This document shows positions 13,771 through 26,520 of a stretch of 64,000 bases of DNA, in pieces (within the stretch, counting starts at the first letter, position 1; each line of letters starts with the position of its first letter). The position numbers were made by a program, and so were the translations under genes. The notes below the pieces were generated by a model that was not told where the DNA came from, ran no database searches, and saw nothing but the letters and a program-made list of their open reading frames with translations. The stretch lies in the NCBI RefSeq assembly GCF_009914755.1, contig NC_060944.1, one strand, 5' to 3'. Source of the stretch: the human T2T-CHM13v2.0 reference genome, Homo sapiens.

Positions 13771-15095
13771 TATCCTCTTCACCTTTGTTAATGCTGCCTT
13801 TTGTTTCCTGAAAGCATTGCTGGTGTGTTTATGCGTTATGTCTTTACTACTAATTATATTTGATTTTTGGAAAGATGTGGTATTTTATGCTGTGCATTAT
13901 GTCGTTTTTGTGGTTTATAATTCATAATGCCATGATGTTTTTAATTTAACAAACAAGTATTAGCAAAGGTAAAGTTGTTGTATATAATAACTTTGCTAAT
14001 AATCACTGAACGTTGTCTCAGCAAGTATATGTGTAATGAATATAAATTTATACCATTAAAAAAAAGTAGCCATTCATTCATTCACATTTTCTTGTAATTC
14101 TGCTTGTTTCCATATTTGCACTTAAGATCTGTTGAACGTTAAAACAAATTTGCTTCCTTAGATTTTTTAACCAGTCACCATTTTTTTAAGTTGGTAGGAT
14201 GGGCCATATTGAAGATAAACTATATTTTACAAATTTTATCAGCATGCTCTATGAACTTGCTTCTCAAACTGGAGTATTAACATATGTATGTGTTTTTACC
14301 AGGGTGTTTGTGAAGCTACACATAAAAGTATTACTCTTTTAAAGTACCATTTCTAGTTCTAAAGATTGGTGAGGGTGGAAATATTAAGTACTTTAAATTT
14401 TCAGCTTTTAAAAATTTTTTATGTTGAAACTAAATGATTTTTAAGAAGCAAAGAATTTCACATAAATTATGGTTGACCATCCTAGAGACCATGAAGGTTG
14501 TATTAATTCATTCCATGGAAAACTTTTAGGAGTACTTGATTATATTTGAAGTAAATTGGTATCTTGGAAAGTTGTGAAATTGGTGAACCTGCCATACCAA
14601 AATGGTAAACAAAAACAAAACTTTCCTGGGGTACTGAAAAGAATGATGTTACCAAAGGCACGTCTTGTTTTAAATCTTATGTTTTATTTTTTTCTTTAAT
14701 CTTAACAAACCCCACTTTTAAATAAATCCTTAGTAAAATTAGGATTTATTTGGGGCTGTTAATTTACAAAAGGATTGATTGTGATATTCCTTTAAATAGC
14801 TTGCTTCTTCAGTTTACAAATGTTCATTATATTCATAATGTTCAGGCCTGCATATAAATAAAGCAGGGAAAACCGGTGATAGATACTTAGTTTTTTAACT
14901 ATAAAACATCCTGGTAAAAACATTAAAAGGTTGTAAATTGGGAAACCTGTATAGCCAGTGTGTTTTTTAGGTTGGCATATATAAGTGATATTGATATAAT
15001 TGTCTTTTGTTTCATTCTAAATACTGAGCTTAGGGCTTGAATTTGCCATCTGTTTTTTTTTTTTTTATTAAGTATGACCATTAAAACAGGAATAA

Positions 15096-15186
15096 TTTGA
15101 TTGAAGACTACGCATTTACCCAGCTCAAAGAAATGGATATTTTATTTTTGAATTTAACTCAGTGATGTCGCTAATCTATGTGAACA
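15096..15186 (+). repeat. 91-bp dispersed direct repeat, copy 2
   Basis: Matches 12779-12869. Confidence 0.95.
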
Positions 15187-15341
15187 TTGTAGAGTGACAT
15201 AAATGTCTTCTTTAGAGTATCCAGATGGAAATTGTGGCACAATGCTTTTGTATTTCAGTGACTTCAGAAAGAAGGTAGGCCTTTAGGAGAGTATCTGGGG
15301 AACCTTTCAATAGGGTAATTGTGGGGATAGCAAATTAAGTA

Positions 15342-16102
15342 CAGTCGTGTGTTGCCAACAACAGGGATATATTCTGAGAAATGTGTAGTTAGGTGATTTA
15401 GTCATTGTGTGAACATGATAGTGTGTATTTACCACAAACTGAGATGGTATAGCTACCTATCACACACCTAGGCTATATGGTTATATATAGCATAGCCTAT
15501 TAGTCCCAGGCTACGAAAGTATACAGCATGTTACTGTACTGAATACTGTAAGCAGTTGTAACACAATAGTATTTGTGTATCTAAACATAGAAAAAGTACA
15601 GTAAAAATAGAGTGTAAAAGAAAAAAGGTATAATTTTTTTAGCTTAATCTGTTCTTTTAAAAATTATATTTCAATAAGTTTTTGGGGAAGAGGTATTGTT
15701 TGGTTACATGAATAAGTTCTTTAGTAGTGATTTCTGAGTTTTTGGTGTACCCATTACCTGAGCAGTGTACACTGTACCCAATGTATAATCTTTTATCCCT
15801 CACCCCCATCCCACCCAAATATGATATACTTGTTTAGGGCAGTTAGCTTGCAGGACTGAAAGTTGCTCTAAGTGAGTGAGTGGTGAGTGAATGTGAAGTC
15901 CTGGGACATTACTATATGACTTTATAACCACTGCACTTAGGCTACACTAAAGTTGTAAAAAAGTTAAGTGATTGTGCTATGACATTATGACAGCTACAGC
16001 ATCATTAGGCAGTAGGAATTTTTCAGCTTCGTTATGACATTATGGAACCACTGTTGCATATATGGCCTGTTATTAATTGAAATGTTGTGTGGCACATGAT
16101 TG
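15342..16102. mobile_element. Tigger3/Golem-family (TcMar-Tigger) non-autonomous DNA transposon
   Basis: Termini ta|cagtcgtgtg ... cacatgattg|ta with TA target sites; internal ttctgagaaatgtgtagttagg and cagcatgttactgtactgaatactgta. Confidence 0.85.
15650..15816 (-). mobile_element. Short L1 3'-end fragment (L1PB-like) nested in the Tigger
   Basis: tttggttacatgaataagttctttagtagtgatttctgag...atccctcacccc is the antisense of an L1PB-type 3' end. Confidence 0.75.
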
Positions 16103-17752
16103 TAGTGGGCATGCTATTCTGGAGTTTATTTTCTTTGTGGAATTTGCCATCTAATAGCAGAGATAAGTATAAAACATTTTCTTTTAGTAGAAAGTTAAGT
16201 TAGAAGGAGTATACTTTGTTCTTTTGGTTTGAGTGCCATTTAGACTTGAGTGAAGAAGAAAAATAGTTGGTAGAATTCGCATAGTTCTCAGGTTTCAGAT
16301 TCATAGTCTGAGTTTCCTGATTTGTCACTAAATTTGTTTCTCATCCAAACATTTTTAATTTACCTCATCTGTAAAACTATGTAGATTGCAAATTTTTATA
16401 ATGTAGCTAATTACTTTTATAAAAGAGAATATTTAAAACAAATTGTGCATGATAGAGGAATTTGTATCTTGAAGTTTCTTGTGCTTTAAGTAGGAGATGA
16501 ACCAGAAGTATGAATTAAATTGTTGGAGAGTTTTTTGATTTTTCTTTTTGCTTGATAAACAGGAAATTCTGGATATGTGATAGTAAATGTTTGAGGCTCC
16601 TCTAAGGAAGTGCTCCATCAATTTTCTGTCCTTGCTATTTTGGAGGGGAAATTTTTCATTTTGAGGACATAATTTCTATGATATGATAAATACTAAGAAT
16701 TTTTCAAAAAATAAGGCAAATATGATAGCAATGAGTCCAGATTGCAGTGGGAAAGAAATATAGGAATAAGAAATACTTCTGTAACAGCTCTGGAAAACAG
16801 GAAAAGATGAAATCATAAACCAGAAAATTTTGAGGCTTTCTAGAAAGATGTAAGGCTGACAAGATTAGATTCCTGAAAACCATTAGTATTGAACAGCTTG
16901 TACTACACATAGGGGAAAGTATCTGGTTTCTGAGTAGAAAAGTAGACTTGCTTACAAATTCACCTAGCTTAGAGATGTCAGGGCTAGGGCAGAGAAATGG
17001 CTCTGTGAGCAGTATCAAGGTAATTAGAAGACTCTGGAATTGATGAGTCTTGAAGAAAAATCTGTCTGTTCCTCTCTCTTCTTTACCACACTAAGAGCAG
17101 AGTCTGCTCACAAAATCCAATAGCCTTCCATTATGGGGTTGATGGAGATGGGGGAGACTCTTGAGGGAAGTAAAGCAGTGATTTTCACCAGCCATCAGTA
17201 CAGAACAATCCGGATTTAAAAAGATGAAGACAATGAGGAAACACTGGATATTAGAGGAAAAATTAACAGTGTAAAAGAAAGGACTGGTACTGAAACAAGC
17301 AAAGCAAATAGCTCAGAGATAATAGTTTATATAGAAAATAAGAAACTGAACTTTTTAGTATTGGGAAGATACAGTATTGAGAAAGGAACCATGAACAAAA
17401 AATTCTTGACAATTAAAAATATGATTGCCAAGAAGTCAAAAAATAGAGAAGGTTGTAGAATCCAGAGTACTAAGTTGATTCCACAGCTGCTCTCTGAACA
17501 TTTGTTGACCTAGAGGCTTGCAGTTAAAGGTCACATGGATTTTAGGAGAGAGATCTTTGGGCCTTCAATCATTAGATTGAAGAGTTAGAACCCTGCAGTG
17601 GAAAAAACACACTCAAAGTGCTTTTTCCTATGTTCATACTCACCAATTAACACAGAAGACTCCTGTGACCTCAAAATATGTAGGATTTCTTCCCACCAGT
17701 GAGTGAGCAGTCAGTTCTGCAGACACCAGCTAGTGTCCTCCAATTCAATTCT

Positions 17753-18046
17753 TTTCTTCTTTTTGAGACAGAGTCTCACGCTGTCGCCCGGGCTAGAGTA
17801 CAGTGGTGCGATCTCAGCTCACTGCAACCTGCAACCTCCGCCTCCTGGGTTTAAGCTATTCTGCCTTAGCTTCAGTAGCTGGGAATACAAGTACGTGCCA
17901 TCATGTCCAGTTAATTTTTGTATTTTTAGTAGAGATGGGGTTTCACCGTGTTGGCCAGACTGGTCTTGAACTCCTGACCTCAAGTGATCTGCCCGCCTTG
18001 GCCTCCCAAAGTGTTGAGATTATACGTGTGCGCCACCGCGTGTGGC
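17753..18046 (-). mobile_element. AluS with 17-bp TSD tcctccaattca(a/g)ttct
   Basis: TSD at 17736-17752 and 18047-18063. Confidence 0.93.
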
Positions 18047-18166
18047 TCCTCCAATTCAGTTCTCACACTATCTACCTGAAGACAGCATCAAAGCCCAGAA
18101 GTTGAGGGTTCAGTCTCACAAAACTGCCCATTACTCCTGATACCAGTTGCAAACCCAGGTGGTGGG

Positions 18167-18507
<341 letters not shown>

Positions 18508-19263
18508 TAAATCAGGGATCTCACACCCTTTCCTTGGTTTCAGTTAAGCTGCTGAAGTGGCTTACAGAACACAGGGATACACATTTACCAGTTTATTATA
18601 AAGGACATTACAAAGGATATAGCTAAAGAGATGGATAGGGCAAGGTATAGGAAGGGGCATAGAGCTTCTCTGCCTTCTCTGAGTGTGCCACCCTAGAGGA
18701 ACCTTTATGTGTTCAGCTATCTGGAAGCTCTCAGAAGCCTGTCCTATTGCTACTTTTATGGAGACTTCATTGGATAGGTGTGATTGAAGAACTGTGTAGA
18801 AATGTGATTGGACAAAAAGGTTATGAGCTAATACTTATAGACTGAGTGGGAAAACCTAGAAAGGCCGGTTCAGATTCTTAGCCTCTCTGTGCACTGTTAA
18901 TTTCTCCAGGGTATGGGAGAACCTCTTCTGAAATGGGTGTCTTATTACCTGCAGTCAGACAACGTAGGTCAGAGAATTTCTTTATGGGCAGCTTCAAGAT
19001 GGAAAGGCAGGGGAAAATTCCTGCCTTGGGGAGAAAAAGGATCATGTGAAAGGAGGGAAAGAGAAGGTCAGAGACATTACCTTCTGAGGCCTACTTCTGA
19101 AGGCCAATGTATAACAAGGACTGTCAGTGTTATGAACCAGGATCCATGGGCGAAAACCTGTGTCATCTATCTTTCACACCTGCATAAAGCCAGGATTCTT
19201 CACGATAAGGCTTCAGTGAAAGGGAGCCTAGAAAATTAAATTTACTTTCCACGAGAAAGACAC

Positions 19264-20595
19264 TGTGTCCTGAATTGGTGGGTTCTTGGTCTCACTGACT
19301 TCAAGAATGAAGCCACAGACCCTCGCGGTGAGTGTTACAGTTCTTAAAGGCAGTGTGTCCAGAGTTTGTTCCTTCTGATGTTCGCATGTGTTCAGAGTTT
19401 TTTCCTTCTGGTGGGTTCGTGGTCTCACTGGCTCAGGAGTGAAGCTGCAGACTTTCGCGGTGAGTGTTACAGCTCTTAAGGCGGTGCGTGTGGAGTTGTT
19501 TGTTCCTCCCGGTGGGTTCGTGGTCTCGCTGGCTTCAGGAGTGGAGCTGCAGACCTTCACGGTGAGTGTTACAGCTTATAAAGGCAGTGTGGACCCAAAG
19601 AGAGAGCAGCAGCAAGATTTATTGCAAAGAGCGAAAGAACAAAGCTTCCACAGTGTGGAAGGGGACCTGAGCGGGTTGCCACTGCTGGCGTGGCAGCCTG
19701 CTTTTATTCTCTTATTTGGCCCCACCCACATCCTGCTGATTGGTTGGTCCATTTTACAGAGAGCTGATTGGTGTGTTTTACAGAGAGCTGATTGGTCCGT
19801 TTTGACAGGGTGCTGATTGGTGTGTTTACAATCCCTGAGCTAGACCCAAAAGTTCTCCACGTCCCCACTAGATTAGCTAGATACAGAGTGTTGACTGGTG
19901 TATTTACAAACCCTGAGCTAGATACAGAGTGCTGATTGGTGTGTTTACAATCCCTTAGCTAGACATAAAGATTCTCCAAGTCACCACCAGACTCAGGAGC
20001 CCCGCTGGCTTCACCCAGTGGATCCCGCACTGGGGCTGCAGGTGGAGCTGCCTGCCACTTCTGTGCTGTGTGCTTGCACTCCTCAGCCCTTGGGCGGTCG
20101 ATGGGACTGGGTGCCGTAGAGCAGGGAGTGGCGCTCGGGGAGGCTCGGGCCACGCAGGAGCCCATGGCAGTGGAGGGGAGGCTCAGGCATGGTGGGCTGC
20201 AGGTCCCAAGCCCTGCCCCACAGGGAGGCAGCTAAGGCCCGGCGAGAAATTGAGCACAGCAGCTGGTGGCCCAGGTGCTAAGCCCTTCACTGCCTGGGGC
20301 TTGCGGGCCGGCTGGCCGCTCCGAGTGCGGGGCCCGAGGAGCCCACGCCCACCTGGAACTTCGGCTGGCCTGCAAGCGCTGCACGTAGCCCCGGTTCCCG
20401 CCTGCGCCTCTCCCTCCACACCTCCCTGCAAGCTGAGGGAGCCGGCTCCGGCCTTGGCCAGCCCAGAAAGGGGCTCCCACAGTGCAGCGGTGGGCTGAAG
20501 GGCCCCTCAAGCGCAGCCAGAGTGGGCACCAACGTCGAGGAGGCGCCGAGAGCAAGCGAGGGCTGCCAGGGCTGCCAGCATGCTGTCACCTTTCA
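19264..20595 (-). mobile_element. Solo ERV9 LTR (LTR12C/D-like), about 1.33 kb
   Basis: Ends tgtgtcctgaattggtgggttcttgg and gctgtcacctttca; U5 repeats gtgagtgttacag; U3 gctgattgg repeats; CpG-rich U3; near-TSD acac/acat. Confidence 0.95.
19702..19939 (-). promoter_or_regulatory. LTR12 core promoter: five CCAAT (NF-Y) boxes and an AATAAA TATA-like element
   Basis: ATTGG at 19739, 19767, 19791, 19816 and 19935; ttttatt at 19702-19708. This is the known ERV9 LTR layout; activity at this locus is not shown by sequence. Confidence 0.65.
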
Positions 20596-21963
20596 ACATC
20601 AGAGACGTTTTCTTCTCTTGGGCTTTTGGTGTGGGACTGAAAAGTTTCCACTAAAAACTTGTGACCATTAGCCTGCCTTCATAAGGGTATGGGATTGTAA
20701 TTTATACTACCCGCATAGTTTAGGAAACTGCAGACAGAAAATTATTTAAAAGCAATCAAATAAATGTTGGCAGTGCTACAAAGTACCTAACAGAAAAGTG
20801 AATTATCTTCAGAGGGATGCTCCTTCAGGTATGCCCATTGATAGAGTCTAAATGAAGTGCTTTCATATTAAAAAAATATGAGAAACTCAGCAATCATGAG
20901 CAACAGTGAGCAGGAAAGACAAATAGCAGAATTAGACCCCTGTGAATGTCAGATATTGAAATTACTAGGTAAGACAATGGAGTATAAATGAATAAAATGT
21001 TTCAAAAGAATTAAAAGGGAGGGGGGAATTAAAAACATGAGCAGGGAGCAAAATACTGTTAAGAAATACCAGGTAGATCTGAAAAAGAATCTAAAGCAGT
21101 TGTAGAAATTAAAGATATAATAATGACCTTGAAAAATATTAAATGGGTTAAGTAGATTGAACTCAGCTGAACAGAGAATTAATTAACTTGAAGACAGATT
21201 TGAAGAAAGCCCAGATACGGAAACATGAAGATGTTTAGAGTCAGAAGAATAAACGTCTAATGTGTATGAAATTGAAATTTCAGAAAAGGATAATGAAAAG
21301 ACTCACAGTTGGTGTCCAAAGAAAGAATGAGAAATTCCCAAAATTAAAGTGTGAATCATTAAACTGAAGAAGTACGATTAATGCAGAGGAAAAAAAGTAA
21401 CTGGATAATACTGAAAACTAAGAGAACCTTTTTTAGCAGCCAGAAACAGATTATCTACAAAGCTATAGAAATTAGACTGGCAGCAGACCTCTAAACTATA
21501 ACAATGAATGGTAGAGATCATAGAGCTAGGTTTTCAAATGCTAAGAAAAACAAATGTCATCCTAGGGAGAGTAACTGGCAGAATCATTCAGAAACAAGGA
21601 TTTTGAAATAGATTTTTCAGACAGCATCAGATTGATAAAAATCTGACAGTATTGTGTTGGTGAGTATGTGGAACAATGGGAACTCTTAGACAGCTGGTAG
21701 AATTATAAACAACTGCTTTTGAGAGTAATTCAGTAATGTCTAGTAAGTTTCAGTATGCCTTTCTCCAGTAACCCAGGAATTCTACCTATGCATACATATA
21801 TATCTTAGCATTGTTTATTGATCTCTTTTGACCATGATATAACTGAGATCAAATTTTCGGGAAACAAAATTTATCCTTCCTACAGGCAGTACATTGTGAT
21901 CTGTCTCTGTACGTCATCACTTTGTTCATCTTCCTTTTTCCCCTTTACTCCCAAGCATTCTCT

Positions 21964-21964
21964 T

Positions 21965-22007
<43 letters not shown>

Positions 22008-22009
22008 TT
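21964..22009. repeat. (TTTA)n microsatellite
   Basis: About 11 units visible. Confidence 0.95.
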
Positions 22010-22343
22010 AAGCTGTTTGTGATCCTGGCTCACTAATGTGATATTATTGATGGGTTACAAACTGCAGTTTGAAAAACACTGCCTTAAAGAAACAAACAGA
22101 ATAAGGATAGGGATATTCATAGCAATATTGTGTGTGAGAGTGAAAAACTTGAAGTCATCTTAAGCTCTAACAAATGGAAAATGGGTAAATAAACTGTGGT
22201 ATATCTATCTAAGGATCTTGAACTAGACATCATAATAAATCATTGAATTACAATGCCTATATTAAATGAATACCCTTACAAATATAGAGTATAGAAAACA
22301 AATTACAGATGAGTATATAATGTGATACTCACATGAAGCTTAA

Positions 22344-22756
<413 letters not shown>

Positions 22757-23332
22757 TTATTCCTGGGAGTGAAAAAGAAAGGTATTTCTGTTATCCAGAT
22801 AATTTTTTTTTCCTTAAGCTGGGTAGTGGACATAAAGGTATTTATTAAATAATATCTTGTACTCATGTGTATATCTAAAATATTTGACAGTAAATTTGTT
22901 TGAAATGGAGGTGGCAGTATTGACAAATTGAAATTTCTCAGAAAGTACAGCAGAAAGAGTTGAACATTATGAGAGAAAAGTTTGAGACCTGTATAATAGA
23001 TGTGGGATATCAGTATGTGTGAAATAGGAATTCCAGAAATAAAAAATACAGTGCATGTAGCAGAAGCAGTAGATAGTAAAATGGTAGAATAAATTTGTTC
23101 TGAGCTGAAAAAAGCTTTAAAATAAAACCTATGAAATCAAGTTTTTGGTAAAATCAAATATTTATAAAACTTCAAAATTTCAAGTATCAAAAGAAAATGA
23201 AGTTCCCAGATAAACAGCAGGCGTACCCCTAACAAAGAATCTGATTGGCATTTGATTTTTTTTTTTTTTAATGCTGCACTGGATACTAAGGAAGAGTAGA
23301 AACATTCCTATAGAATTCTGAGGTAGAAGTAT

Positions 23333-23798
23333 TGTTAACGAACACCATGGATTTTCATCTAGGTCCTGCTGCTCACTGCACAGAAAGCCAGTCAGAGATA
23401 ATGATTATTGCCAAAGAAGAAGGCTTTAATCTCATGCTGCAGCTGAGGAGATGGAAGATCAGACTCAGATCCATCTCCCTGATGGACTGAAACTAGAGGT
23501 TTATATAGCAGGGAAGAAATGTAACAATATGCAAGAAAACAGTAACTAGAGGGGCAAGGAAGCAATCATGATGAATGAGGAGTCCGCTCTCTATCTCATT
23601 GTCTGGTTGTTGGGATCTGGTGAGTTTCAGTTATTTGATAGTTTTTTTGGGAGGCCTGAAAGTCATTTCCTTAGGAAGGAACTCAGATAAAACAAAAATG
23701 AGTTTCAAGCTTTAAGACCAGAAGGATCAATTTCTATGTTTATTAAAAAAGACATAAAAACCCAAAAAACTATCTATGGGACTATTGGGTCAGTTTCA
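23333..23798 (-). mobile_element. Solo ERV1-class LTR (MER66-like)
   Basis: TG...CA termini with perfect 4-bp TSD GTAT (23329-32 and 23799-802); subfamily from memory. Confidence 0.8.
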
Positions 23799-24617
23799 GT
23801 ATTACGACCCTAAAGTTCTATGTGCAATAAAACTATTCCTTCACGATAAAGGCAAAATATATTCTTTCCGAAGGACTGTGAGCCTATAATAATTACATAT
23901 TTAAATAAATAAATATAGTATTTGGGAGTACTTAAGCAAAATGAAATGAATTGGAATGGAGAATTTTCTGGACCAAAAAAAGAAAGGTTTATGTTAAACA
24001 TTTGTGAACAAAAACAAACCAAAACCCAGTCAGTGACATTTAAGGTTAAATACAAAGAATTACTAATAATGTACTTTGAAGTGTAATATAATTTTTGAGA
24101 AAATATTCCTGATATAATGAATGGAACTTAGGAAAGAAATGACAGCTGAGAAATAAAATTCTAGGTGACTTAATACAAGCTGTCCTACAGCAAGTGGGAG
24201 TGGAGCAAGGAGGGGAAAGTAAAAGAATACTGTCTATTCATGGTATACTATGCAAAGAGCTTCTATGCACAGGAATGGATGGATATTTTATACTTCTTGA
24301 TGTTTATGACAAAATACAGGCTGAAATACGTGTTGAAAATTTGAGGAGACTTTTAAAAGAAGGCCAACAATCAACTCACCCAAACTTCCTCAAACCTGTT
24401 TGACAGAACTAAAAATATATTTAATAAAAAAAAAACAAAAAACAAAAAAACAAAAAAGCCTATAACAGCATTAGGTATTAAGAAGGGTGACATTGGTGCA
24501 GCAAACTTGGGGGAATTCCCTGATGATAGAAAGTAGATGGACTGAGAGGGGCAGAAGAACAAGAACAGAGAAAACCGCAACTGAAAGTGAAAAGCTCCTG
24601 AGGTTCAGTGGACCTCA

Positions 24618-25403
<786 letters not shown>

Positions 25404-26259
25404 TCATTCATACTGAATGATCAGCAGCAGGGTATTTTTCTCAAGGATAGAGTCATGGCTTCTATTCTGCATATGATGATTCTGGAGAAGGCTTCTGGTT
25501 GGGATTGGAAAGAGCCTGAGAACTCTATCAAGAACTCATATGGGAAGAAGGAAAGGAAAGATGGCTCTGTATGTGTGTAATACATGAAACACTCTATCCC
25601 AAAAGTAAAGCCTTCCTTATTTTGGCAGTCTTGGGGGTTCCAGCCTATAATCTGCTTTGCAAGCACACACACTAAAACATGCTGCTTGATATGTTTTGCC
25701 CGCATTGAGCCTGAAATCTGCTCTCCCATTCAGGGAAGATGGCTTCAGAGACGGACAGACGTGTAGATCTATAGGAGAAACCCAGGCCAGTTAGATAGTT
25801 CTGGAACACTATTAACAAATTTGGCCAAGGAGCACCAGAAAACCAACAGTGCAAAACAGAAAGTGAACGAAGGAAAAAACTGACCCCTGGAAAGTGGGAA
25901 TGGTGCAACAAATACATAGAACTTAAATATAATAACCTCAGAGAGATTTCAGAGGGCAAGGTAGCTAAAAATTCAAATCAGGCCATTGTGAAAGAAGCGA
26001 TAGGTGAAGTTCTCAGAAACGAAAAATCTGATTGTTAAAGAATAATCAAAGGAAGGACTGAAAATTGAAACAGTGATTTAGAAATAAAGTTGAAGAAACA
26101 TACTGGAAGCTAAAGATAAAAAGATGGAGATAAAAAATATGAACAAGTGTTTAAGTGACATGGGGCACGGAACCAGGTCTTCAGAGGAGACAGGAGGAGG
26201 GGAGAAAAGACGTAACTAAGTACAATACCTAATGCCGTGGCGTATTAGATAAATATTTA

Positions 26260-26520
26260 AAAAGATGAGTGAGATTGAAATATACTTGTGAAAAGATGGT
26301 CAAGATATATTAAGTGAAGAAGGAAGTTGTGAGAACAGTATGCATAGTATGGTATTTGTGGTTAAAATCTATATGCATGTTCAAATGTGTACAAGAAAGA
26401 GTGAAAGGATATGAAACACTAATAATGGTTACCTTTTGAGGAAAGGATGGAGGAATGAGAGAGGAATTCTTTTAAAATACATAATGTTGTTTTGAAAGGA
26501 ACATTTTTATTTAAAAAATG
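26260..26520 (+). mobile_element. L1M 3'-end fragment
   Basis: caagatatattaagtgaa...aacagtatgcatagtatg and taatggttacc motifs. Confidence 0.6.

Noticed and set aside
19320-19960. Regularly spaced repeats resembling a CRISPR array
   Set aside because: These are the normal U5 and U3 tandem repeats of the ERV9 LTR in eukaryotic DNA.
19228-20589. Cluster of 80-140 aa ORFs on both strands
   Set aside because: All lie within the GC-rich LTR12, where stop codons are scarce; no protein family signature.
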